64,000 bases of DNA, taken from the NCBI GenBank assembly GCA_030704615.1, contig CM060733.1:65038001-65102000 (forward strand), in the 5' to 3' direction. This DNA is from Takakia lepidozioides. Lineage: Eukaryota; Plantae; Bryophyta. The notes under the pieces are model-generated. The model saw only the letters and a list, made by a program, of their open reading frames with translations. It ran no database searches and was not told the origin of the DNA. Positions 10,814-21,886 of the stretch are shown here, piece after piece (the stretch's first letter is position 1; every line of letters starts with the position of its first letter). The position numbers and the translations under genes are program-made.

Positions 10814-13246
10814 CTTGCTGTTCAGGTCTGTGTTTCCTGTCTCTTGGGCAATTGATTGCTTGATACAGCCTGTGCCTACAATAAGGTGCCACAGCTAATA
10901 GCTGTCCAATGGTAATTTCTGCTTTGGTCTGGCATATTACTTCAGCCAAAGTCTCTTCATTACTTTGCATGTCTGCATCTTCTTTCTTCCTTTCTTCCTC
11001 ACTCCCTTCTTTTTCTCCATCCGAATCAGAGGAATCTGCCACAGGAATATCAGTACTCTTTTGCATTTCCCTTATAGTATCTGCCACTTCCTTGTGCAGT
11101 TCCTTCTCATCTTTCCAAGTCTCTTCATCTTCAGGCATATCATTGCCACTTCCATTATCATCTTTTCCTCTTCTACTGGAGGTATTAGTTTGGCTTTACT
11201 TCTTGTTACTATCATTGTACTTACTTCTGTACAACACATGGCCTAACCATGTGAGCTGCCACCACTGGGCCCTCATTCACAGGAGCTCTCATCTCATTCT
11301 GGTGTCTTATCCAGAATGAACAGGCTGCCTTGCGATGTCCTGGCTGATTACAATAGTAACATAGCTCTTCACCATTGGGTCCTCGCCCTTGGTCTGTTCT
11401 TGGATTATTTCTATAATCCTGATTCCCGGGCTGGTAATTCCCCCTTGGATTACCCTGATAGTTGCCTCTGGAATTTCCTTGGTAATTCCCTCTTGAATTA
11501 CCTCTCCCTTCCATGCCATTGTTATAACCACCAGACCTACCATAGTGGTCCTGATCATTGTTTCTTCTTGGCTGGGGCTGCACCTGATGCACCCTTACTT
11601 GCCTAGGTTCTCTTGCAGCTGTCCTTCTGTTGTAGTAACAATTCTCAGTAGAATGGTTATCCATTTTACAGATAGTACAGTGTTTCTCCTTCATGTGGCA
11701 TTCTGTGGTGGTATGGCCTTCATTCTGGCACTTTGCACACCATACACCCTTCCTCCAATGTGTTGCAGCCTCTGTGGCATACTTCAAGATTTCTTCCAAT
11801 TTTTTTCATAGTTATCCCTCTTCAACTTCTCCTTTCTCTTACTCTTTCTTTTTAGTTCTTGCTCTTCTTCTTCATCTGACTCATCCTCAGAGTCCTCATC
11901 ATCCTTTTCTCTCTCCTGAGCATTCCCAATTGCTCAATTCTGTTTGCAGTTTCAAATGCCTCCTCCACTGTATTATGGGGTAACATATCCACTTTCTTTT
12001 GCAACTCTGGTCTTAGTCCACTCACAAACCAAGTCTTCTGTAAACCGGGCGCTGGTACTGCAGCCAGCTTTTTCATCATCAATTCCATCTTCTCCATATA
12101 CTCTTCAACAGTTTCATGCTTCTTCTGCTTCAGCTGTTGTAAACTTCCATACACTTCATCCTCAGTTTTACTTGTCCTGAACCTATTTCGAAATGTTGTA
12201 TTCAAGCCATTCCAGGTTAGGAAATGATTATCAGGGAATCTTGCATACCATTCACTTGCTTTCTTGATAAGTGAACAAGGAAACAGTCTTTGGCATCATC
12301 GCCATTCTCATTGTTCACTATACACATGTGCTCAAATTGGCTAATGTGTACATCGGGATCCCCTTTTCCTGAATATATTGGAAAGGGTGGTTTTGCCCGT
12401 GTTGGTTGTAACGCCATCTGTGGCCCTACCTTCTGCCCACTGACAGGTGCTGGCACCCTTGCTGGTGCTGGTCCTTCTGGACCTGTTGTTTTTGTGGTGG
12501 ATCTTCCACCAAGTGGTGGCCCTTGAGCACTCCCTGCTTCTGGCCCCACGATATTCACAGTATTCCCAGCTTCAGTTGCACTACTTCCCACACTCCCTGT
12601 CCCCCCAGAGCCAGATCCAGGCAGCCCGCCTGATCCCCCTGAGCCGACACCTTCGTTGGCCTGTGATCAAGTGCTCCACTTGATCCAGGTCCAACGGGTT
12701 GGGATGTCCTGGTTGTAGTCTCAACCTCAGCTGTTGGGTCTACTTCTTCATATTCTTCCTCTTCCAATTTCTTCTCTCTGTTTTCATCCTCCAAGTTCTG
12801 CCCTTGGGTTTCTTCTTCACTCATGTAACTCAACTGTAATGGTGTTGGAGAGTCTGAACTCTCCGTTGGCTCTGCCACATCCTCTTCTCCTTCTTCACCT
12901 TCTGCTTCAGAAACTGGAGTTCCTGCTTTTGGTGTTCCATGCCAACTCTTATCAAAGATTTCTGTCAAATCTTTTATCCAAGGATGTACCTCAGATCTTT
13001 CACCTCGTGATTGATCTTCTTCCTGTACCAATTCCCTTAATCTTTCTTGCAAATAAACAGAAGGAGTGGCATCCAACTCTAGTTCTTCCGGTATAGGTGA
13101 TGTACTCTTTGATCTTAATGGTGTGAGAGGTCCAGATGATTCCCCTATGTCTATTCTCTCTCCCAAAGATATGGATAATTAGCTTTCAGATAGCTTTCTC
13201 TTTTTGCTGAATATCTCTGTCGTCTAGCTTCTCTTTCATCACTCAT
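10800..13246 (-). pseudogene. gag: E2 gag (retrotransposon gag domain and three CCHC zinc knuckles), frameshifted
   Basis: YSGKGDPDVH, LQQLKQ..ETVEEY, CAKCQNEGHTTTEC, CTICKMDNHSTENC, CYYCNQPGHRKAAC. Confidence 0.85.
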
Positions 13247-13830
13247 GTCCCATGTCTTTCATTTCTTTTAATGTGGCAATAACCAAAACTCTCTTCTGTA
13301 ATATCTCTCGTATATGCCTGGGTTTCTTTCAAGCTTCAATGCACCCTTGGCTATACTTGAAGTCTCCGTTACCATATAACCATATGGCAAACAAGTCTGA
13401 AAAGCTGTTCTTGGTGTGAGTTTGATCCACAAAATATCCTTTGGAATCCATTCTTTACCAGTACAAGTTTCATGCATATGAGTATAAACATTCACCTTTC
13501 TTTCTTCCAGCCTTCAAACTCTACTCGCTTAATGGATAGCAATGCTATCACATAAACCAATGTTGGTAACCAACGTGCTCTTCCTCTACAGGCTACCTGA
13601 TAAATCTTTATCACTCCTTTCTCCAGACCCCATTCCGGATCAGCATCATGCACTCGCTTAAGAATATTTCTTTACAACCGTCTGGCAATTCCAAGAACCT
13701 TTGAAAGAATTGTTTGGACAATCTTTCTTCCTTCGTTCCACAAGGAATTTGATTCACTTCAAATTCTTTAATGGTCCATCCACCATGATCCCACCAGATG
13801 CCTGTCACATCTGGTTGTTCATGACTCAGG

Positions 13831-13848
13831 TCCCCAGTATGGTCGCCA
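13831..13848 (-). promoter_or_regulatory. E2 primer-binding site, TGGCGACCATACTGGGGA (tRNA-Arg-like)
   Basis: Starts TGG 2 nt downstream of the LTR end CA. From recall, it resembles the complement of plant tRNA-Arg 3' ends (...GTGGTCGCCA). Confidence 0.75.
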
Positions 13849-13850
13849 AA

Positions 13851-14757
13851 TGTCGCGCGGCTTTTACTCACCCATCCCTTCGCTATTCGAGGCGGAAACT
13901 CCAAGATAGAAGAGTTGGAAATCTCTAAGTACTCAGCCCGCGCAGAACAATCAGTCATGACCTACAGCTAGTGTATCATGGGGGTGTTTCCTATTTGTTT
14001 CCCTTTTGGCATTCATGTTAACTACCTTACCATTGATAATTTATCAGTTTGCTTTATCAATCTATTGGATTCCGTCAACTCATCCATTCATTCCACAGCT
14101 TCACTCAGATCTCTCTACACAGTGTGATTGTATCATAAAAGTATCCGATTATGATTTATTAGGTATCAGGCCGAAGCCATTGTGTCTCTAATCTGCTCTA
14201 CAATATCATTACAGCCTTGCATATAACAAGCATCTACTCATCATCTCTTTATCTTCACTTCCGTTCTTCATCTCTGCCCCATCCCCCCTCCTGCATGACC
14301 AAGAAGTCCTCCTCCCAATGATGTCCCCCGAAATTCCCCGTTTCTCCCTTTATCTTCCTATCCGTGTTCTAACCGTTTCCCTCACTAACCGTCGTCTGTG
14401 AACTAACATGTTCCCTTCGCAGGTGTTGTTCCCCACAGTCGTTCCCTGTCCTACTCTTCGTTCCCTATGATCGTGATAGCTGTGTCAAGCTGTGACTGGC
14501 TGTCTGAAACTGTGACGGGCTGTGACTGGCTGTGTGGCTGTGTCGGCTGTGTCGGCTGTGTCTGCTGTGACGACTGTGACGGGCTGTGTTGGCAGTGTCG
14601 GCTGTGTCTGCTGTGACAACTGTGACGGGCTGTGTAACCCCCCTCTACAGTGCGCTGCTGTCACCCCTAAGGCTCCTGTTGGTCTCAATCTGTGCAAAAA
14701 TTAAGGGTACCCTACAGATCCTGTATAAGTGTCTAAGTCCCCGACAGTCCTCTAACA
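13851..14757 (-). repeat. E2 5' LTR (~907 bp) with internal ~10-bp GGCTGTGTC-type tandem repeats
   Basis: TG...CA termini; homologous to 35264-36332 and 36333-36967; adjacent to the PBS. Confidence 0.92.
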
Positions 14758-17700
14758 AGTCTGATTGGTCTGCCGACACGTAATTCCGCAAGAATTGCTT
14801 CACTACGGAATTCACTCTTTCCGTTTGGCCGTCCGTCGTAGGTCGGAAGGCGGTGCTCATCTTCAGCCTCGTCCCCATCTTCTTCCAAAGTGCTCTCCAG
14901 AATTTACTCGTAAACTTTGGATCGCGGTCCGAGACAATATCCTTCGGGACTCCATGATGCTTTAAGACGTGGGCGAAGTAAAGTCGTCCTGTCTCCTGCG
15001 CTGTTGCCGTCTCCTTAGTGGGGATGAAATGGCCCATTTTACTGAACCTATCCACCACCACCATGATTGCATCGAATCCTTTTGACAGCGGCATAGCAGT
15101 CATGAAATCCATCGAGACGCTTTCCCAAGTCCCCTCTGGAATCGGCAAGGGTTGTAACAGCCCCGCTTGCTTTTTGTACTCGCTCCGGTTTTGTTGGCAT
15201 GTGGTGCATGTCTTGACATACTCCTCTGCCTCCTCCCTCAGTTTGGGCCAGAAATACTCTTTCTTCAAGAGTGCCGCAGTGCGCTTGGCTCCACCGTGGC
15301 CCGCAAGCGGGCTATCATGGCATTCTCTCAAGAAACTATCCCTGATCCCTCCCTTCGGCACGTAGAGACGCTTTTGCTTATACCGGAGCAGTCCATTTTG
15401 CAAGTGGAACTGCGATTTAACCCCCATCCTCAAGTCCTACATCACGGACTTCGCCAGCTCATCCTTCCGGCAAGCCTTCCGGATCTTCCTTTGGAGTGCC
15501 GTCTCGCCCTTGTACACCAACAAGAGCTGCTGCTTTCTACTTAAAGCATCGGCCACCACATTGTCCGTCCCGGTTTGTACTGGATATCCACGTCGAACAC
15601 TGCCAAAGTATCTTGCCACCTAAGTTATTTTGGGACAACTTGGGCTGCGTGGCAAAATACTTCACTGTGACATTGTCCGTGAACACCTTCACTGGGTTGG
15701 AACCAACATAGTGGCGCCAGAGCTCAAGACAATGCACCACCGCCTTCATCTCTTTTTCGTGCGTCGGCCACCGTCGCTCCACTTCATTCAGTTTCTTACT
15801 TTCGTAAGCCACTGGACGTCCATCTTGCATAAGTACACCCCAATCGCGAAGTCCGACGCATCTGTATGAATCTCAATGGACGATCGAACTCCAGGATTTT
15901 CAAGACTGGAGCTTCCGCCATCCGCTGCTTCAATTCAGCAAAAGCTTGGCCACAAAAGGTGTTCCATGCCCAGACTTTAGATTTACACAGAAGTCTGATA
16001 GCGGCCCCCGCGATCTTGGCGAAATTTCTCACATACTTCCGGTAATAGGAGGCGAGTCCTAGGAAGGATCGCACTCCCAGGACCGAAGTCGGAGGCTCCC
16101 AGTCCAAGATCGCCCTCACCTTTCTGTCATCCATTTTGATCCCATCCTGTGTAATCACATGCCCCAGGAACTCCACTTTTGTGACCCCGAATTCGCACTT
16201 TGAAGCTTTGGCATACAGCTTCCCTTCTCGCAATTTTTGGAACACCCTTTTGAGGTGCTCCAGGTGCTCCTCCTTTGTTTTCGAGTACACCAAGATGTCG
16301 TCGATGTACACGATCACAAGTCATCCAACCATTCCTGGAAAGGCTGTTCATCAGCGTGCTAAATGTCGCTGGTGCATTGGTGAGCCCAAAAGGCATCACC
16401 AAGAACTCATATGAACCATACCTTGTCCTGCACGCGGTCTTCTCCTCATCTCCTTCCGCCACCCGAATTTGGTGATAACCGGAGCGCAAGTCGATCCGGC
16501 TGAAATACTTCGCTCCTGCCAACCGATCGAAGAGGTCGTCGATCCTTGGCAAAGGGTATCGGTTTTTGATAGTCACCTTATTCAGAGCCCTGTAATCAAC
16601 ACACATCCGCAGCGTCCCATCTTTCTTGTCTGCGAATAGCACCGGGGCTCCGTAAGGTGACTTACTCGGTCGGATGTACCCCTTTGACATTAGATCCTTG
16701 AGCTGAGTCTTCAGCTCGACCAACTCTCTGTGGCTCAACGGTAGGGCGCCTTGGCAGGCGGTTCCGATCCCGGTATCACCTCAATCTTGTGGTCAACTCC
16801 TCTTTGCGGTGGCAAGCCGCTTGGTAAATCCTCCGGCATCACATCCTGGTATTTCTCCAAAATCCCCTTGATCCAATCTGGGCTCGGTTCCCCATCGCCT
16901 TCTCCTTTCACTTCTCTAATGTAAAGCAAAAATTGGGGCTCGTGTGCCTCCTCCACGGCCCACTCCTTTGCTGATAGAAGGTTTATTCGCCCTCCCACGG
17001 ATTTGGGCGTTTCAGACACTCGTAAAACCTCGCCACCATTCCCACATGGCAGCGTGACTACTCTCTTGCGGCCATCTATGACCGCTCCGGATTTGCTCAA
17101 AAAGATCATCCCCAAAATGAGATCCACTCCATCAATCTCGCAGATGGTGAAGTTCTCACGTCCCTCCCAACTCCCCAGTTGAAGAGGAACATCAATCGCC
17201 AACCTTGTCGCCAACTGTGGTTCTCCTTTGGCAGAATGCACCTCAATAGAGGCCCCAACGTCACTTGTCGGGAGTCCCAGCTTTGTGCCGTTGCCGGTGT
17301 CATGAAGGAGTGCGACGCTCCTTTGTCCACCAACAACGACACATTAGTTCCGGATATTATCCCATCCACGAACAATAACTGACTCCCTTTTCGTAAGGCG
17401 CCAGTTTCCTGATACAACTCACAAGAAAATTTGCCTATCTTGCAAGTCCTGGCGACCACCGCTTCCACCAAGCGACTGATGGTCTCTTCCGACAGCTCCG
17501 TGGTCGCCCGAGTCATGTTCAATTGTCGGGGCTTCGTGCACTTCTTGGCCATGTGCCCGGGCTCCCCGCAATTGAAACACACTCCATCAAAGGTCGCCTT
17601 CTGTCCGCCATAAGCCGCTCCACCCGCTTTTCCTTTCGAAGCACCGGGTGCCGCCTTGACGTGTGAAGGCCCTCCCTTCGATTTCCACGTGCCATTTTCG

Positions 17701-18600
17701 CCGCGTGGCCTATCCCACTTCTTTTTCCGGTCGGAAGGAGTCACCTTCCCGCCGATCTTCTTGTGGTTCAGCTCCGTACGGCCTTGTCTTTCACCCCTAG
17801 GGACATCCGAGAAACATTCAGCCCTCTCAATTGCCTCGTTCAAAGTCTTGGGTGGCTTCTTCCTCCTCCAACTTCCGCCTGGCCCCATGGGGCCAGTCCC
17901 GCCACAAAGTTGAAGACCATTTCTGGTTCTGCCATGTCCGCGACTTCGAGCATAGCACCATTGAAAGCCTGGACATCCCCCGAATGTCAATCTATTTGCT
18001 TCAAATTCCTCATCTTGTCCCGGGCAAGCCAGGACGCGTTGAGGGGCACAAATGGTCTTCAACAATTCCTTGAACCCACTCAGTTCAAGGTTTCGGACTT
18101 GGACCTCGGTCGTGAAGGCATTTCTGCCACCATTGTTGAGCATAGCCCCTAAATAGGTGGGAGCCACTTCCAACCGATCCTCGTCACTCAACTTGGCCGC
18201 CCGGAAGTAACTGCTCTAGCTCCAGGAGCCAGGGTTGTTTGAGTGCTTCCGGTTTGAACGCCCTCGAAGGTGTCCGGGTTCCTTAGGCTTCACCTTAAAC
18301 TTTGCCTTAGTGGAAGTGGCATTAGCGCCTTAACACGTTCTTTCAACGTCCCGCCACTGCGCCAACAACCCCCCAAAAGGCTGCCGGCATGGGAGGCATC
18401 TCTTGGTTTGTCGGAGCTCTCAAGGATTCCTCGGGCTCCGATCCTCGGATTCCTCCCGCTCCTAGCGGCCTCGTTTTCGGAAACATTTCATCGATTCCTC
18501 AAACGGCCGCCTCGGTGACCCGTCGGCCCCCCATCGGGCTCACCAGGATCATCATCTTTGGGCCGTTTTCCGCTTTCGCTTTTGGCTTGCCCGACCCCAT
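14758..18600 (-). pseudogene. E3 gag-pol, frameshifted
   Basis: ORF fragments 17106..18191, 16735..17241, 16127..16738, 15796..16317, 15537..15830 and 14645..15433. Confidence 0.9.
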
Positions 18601-18642
18601 GATGAGGCCAATCCCAAGGACGATCGCGTACTGAAACTCTAA

Positions 18643-18655
18643 GCTCTGATACACA
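18643..18655 (-). promoter_or_regulatory. E3 PBS (tRNA-iMet, TG[T]GTATCAGAGC)
   Basis: Matches TGGTATCAGAGC with one inserted base; lies next to the LTR. Confidence 0.85.
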
Positions 18656-18657
18656 AG

Positions 18658-19380
18658 TGTCGCCCACCTCACTTCGGTAAGCTCCCCCTCAAGTCATAGT
18701 TACTCGCTTTGATGCGCGCGCTGACTCCCAACCGGCGCCGGGCCAACTTGGAGCTTCGGCTGCTCACCGGGACATAACGGTCCCCCTTCGCTCTCCCAAA
18801 AGACCCTCCACCTATTTGGGCTAGTGGAATTCCCTTTGGTAGATGGCAGTCCGGAACAGCTCCCCACTCTTTGGTCGCTTCCGGCTCGCTCGTTTACTCA
18901 CTAGTTTTTGGTCACCAACGGGCTTGCAACGTTCTCGGGGGTACTACTACTATATATACTTCTGTAGCTGTCCGCGGGGGTTTCACAACCAGCAATGCCA
19001 TTTTATGGCGAACCACCACGAAGACCCTCGTTCCCGGTGGTGAGTCGCGTGATGAGTCTTGCCCCGCTCACCACGGCCCCTATGGACCGTGATGAGTCCC
19101 AAGACTCCCCACGACTCCCACCACGAGGTCTCCGCCCCCATGGTGGAGTCCTATGCCACCCCCACTAAGTCCCACTAAGCTACCACCACCCTTGTGGAGC
19201 CACCCCCACCGCAAACCCGGTGTGCGGGGCTCCACCTAGTGAGCGCCTCTGCTTCCCTGAGTGCCTTGGCACTCAAGGGTGCTTCAGCCCCCCCTATACC
19301 TATCGCTGCCGCTGCCCCCACCACAGGGAAAGCCCCTCATGTGTCCCGACCCCCTGCCCTCAAGGCAAAGAGCCGCGACA
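18658..19380 (-). repeat. E3 5' LTR (723 bp)
   Basis: TGTCGC...GCGACA terminal inverted repeat; homologous to 59823-60546. Confidence 0.92.
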
Positions 19381-19399
19381 TTCATGATTTCAATCTGAA

Positions 19400-20690
19400 C
19401 GAGAATACGGTACCGCATTTCCGTTCCCCCCCCTTCACATACCTTTAGTTGATGAACGGAATGCCGTGCCACATTTCCGTTCGGGAAAGTATAGAGGTCT
19501 CACTTGAACAGAATTGTGGTGCCGCATTTCGGTCTGGAAAGTTGAAGGTCTCACATGGATGGAAAATGCGGCACCACATTTCCGTCCCACCCCTCCCCAG
19601 CTCCAGGCCTCATATCAAAAGAAATGCGGCGCCGCATTTCCGTTCTAGAATGTCGGAAGGTGCGACTCGGACGGAAATGCGGTGCCGCATTTCTGTTCCA
19701 GTTGTTCACGATTTTCAGTCAGAACGGAAATGCGGTAGCGCATTTCCGTTCTGTAGAGTAATAAGGTCTGACCCTGGCGGAAATGCGGTGCCGCATTTTC
19801 GTTCCAACAGCTCCATGCCTCACATACAAAACGGAATGCGGCGCCGCTTTTCCGTTTTGGAATGTCGGAAGGTGCGACTCCGACGGAAATGCGGTACCGC
19901 ATTTCGGTTTCCGATGTTTTCACGATTTTTCATGAACGGAAATGCGGTGCCGCATTTGCGTTCTGGAATGTTGGGAGGTGCGACTCGGATGGAAATGCGC
20001 TGCAGCATTTCAGTTCCGATTGGTCACAATTTTCAGTCAGAACGGAAATGCGGTACCGCATTTCCGTTCTGGATAGTATGAATGTCTCAAGCGGTCGGAA
20101 TTGCAACTCGGCTCCATGCATCAGATACAAAATGGAAATGTGGCGCCCCGCATTTCCGTTCTGGAATGTCGGAAAGTGCGACTCGGACGGAAATGCGGTG
20201 CCGCATTTCTGTTCCCGTTGTTCATAATTCTCAATCAGAACGGAAATGCGGTACCGCATTTCCGTTCCACCTTCACATACCGTGCTGGTGGATGGAAATG
20301 CGTTAACCGCATTTCGTTCTGGAGAGTATGAATGTCTTGTGAGGACGGAAATGTGGTGCAGCATTTCTATCCCTCAGCTCCATGCGTCAGATATAAAACG
20401 GAAATGTTGCGCCGTATTTCTGTTCTGGTATGTCAGAAGGTGCGACTGTGACGGAAATGCGGTGCCGCATTTCTGTTCCCGTTGTTATAATTCTCTATCA
20501 GAACGGAAATGCGGTACTCGCATTTCCGTACCACTTCACATACCGTGCTTGCTGGATGGAAATGCGTTACCGCATTTCCGTTCTGGAGAGTATAAAAGGT
20601 TTCTCCCGGACGAAAACTCGGTGCTGCATTTCCGTCGCTCTGGTGCATGACCAAGATGCAATACGGAAATGCGGCGCCGTATTTCCGTCC
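19400..20690. repeat. Array of ~25 copies of a 22-bp palindrome (consensus GGAAATGCGGTACCGCATTTCC) at ~53-bp spacing
   Basis: Motif starts include 19673, 19726, 19779, 19885, 19938, 19991, 20044, 20189, 20242, 20294, 20347, 20400 and 20453. Spacer types recur. Confidence 0.93.
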
Positions 20691-21310
20691 ACCAGCAATC
20701 GAAAAGAATCACTCGGGACGGGAAATCGGAACGTGAAGGGTTGCATTGTTCCGAAACAACACAATTGCGGCCAGTCTTGATATGCACAACTTGGTTGTCT
20801 GAACCGTTTAACTAACAGTACTGGCACTTGTCAGTGCGAACGTCCTGTCTGCCACCGAGAATACTGCTGGATCCACCCTCAGGAGAAACTGTCAGGGAGA
20901 TGTTATTTCGTCGCCGAATCGGCCATCATTGTCATACTTACTGCTATGGAATCACACCTCCCACCTTCATGCATGTAGCTTGAAAAAATAATTTCCACTT
21001 CAATGTGCGACTTCCAATCGTCGATGGACTCCGCATGGTGCCTGTGAGCCTGGTCTGTCGCTATACTGAACCTCGCACTTGCCAACTTCGTGCGGTGTTC
21101 GATGGCTCCGAATTCCTACGCTATAGTTTGATGTCCTCCGCAACTTGGGAGAGCCTGGATCCCAAACGAGGGAGGACTTTGCCAGAGTGACTATAACTTA
21201 CCTTTGTTCCAAATTCAAGCTCAAACCGGCACAGTTTATTTGGAAGAAGAAAGGAAGGATGTTCCTGGACAGGTTGACGAGACCATTGTCGTGCTAGGTA
21301 ACGACGGAGG

Positions 21311-21850
21311 TTGCGGAATCGAATGGCACGTATCCCCATCAGACACCATCCTGTACCGAGCTGTGGAATGCCCATTCCCTTTCCGAATCAGTCGCTGCCC
21401 ACACCATCCACAAAGGAGTCCGGAAACCGACAGGCGGCCACTGCCAACAGAGAGATATGCAACGATAATCATTCCCGACTTGGACCGTCAAGACCCTCCA
21501 TTGCTTCTCGTGTGGACGTATTCGACATTTCCGACGAGGAAGATGATTGCATTGAGGTACCCATGTCCCCACACGGTCGTTCAAATCCGGCATGGACGTT
21601 CTCTGTAGGTGCTACGCATGTGCCCTCGAGCATAACTCCAACCCGGTCCATTGTGCAGCTCCTACGACAACATCACCTCGATGGTTCTCGCTCCGAGCTG
21701 GCTGCTCTCGACTATGCCAAATTCCCAGTCAGAAAGGTAACGTTTCTGCCTCCCGAAGTCGATGGCAATGTCATCTTCGAGTTTCCACCTGTTTCTTCGT
21801 CAAACAAGCCTCTGGGATGTTAACAGACATGGATCGAAAGCATGAGTATT
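21311..21850 (+). pseudogene. Truncated ORF fragment, possibly the N-terminus of a DNA transposase
   Basis: Protein-like segment SELAALDYAKFPVRKVTFLPPEVDGNVIFEFPP...MDRKH. The resemblance to plant TE proteins is from recall only; no catalytic motif is seen. Confidence 0.3.
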
Positions 21851-21886
21851 TTTTGAGGAAAGCGATCTGATGGACAATCTCCACAG

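Larger units (their letters stand above)
2420..14757 (-). mobile_element. E2: near full-length non-chromovirus Ty3/Gypsy element (Athila/Tat superclade-like) with a large extra ORF downstream of pol
   Basis: 5' LTR 13851-14757, PBS, gag, PR-RT-RH-IN, extra ORF, PPT 2579-2592 and 3' LTR remnant 2420-2574. It interrupts the E3 integrase at 14757/14758. Confidence 0.93.
14758..19380 (-). mobile_element. E3: chromovirus-type Ty3/Gypsy element, 5' LTR to mid-integrase, cut by the E2 insertion
   Basis: Closely similar to E6 throughout. Met PBS, gag CFNCGEPGHMAKKC, RT YIDD, RNase H AYESKKL, integrase SMDF/SDRDPKF. Confidence 0.93.

Noticed and set aside
19400-20690. CRISPR array (palindromic repeat with ~31-bp spacers)
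   Set aside because: Spacers recur as higher-order repeats, the repeats are degenerate, no cas genes are present, and the context is eukaryotic TE sequence.
19449-20827. Multiple overlapping ORFs with NAVPHFR/KCGTAF repeats (also 42423-43401)
   Set aside because: These are translations of the palindrome arrays, which are stop-poor in all frames.
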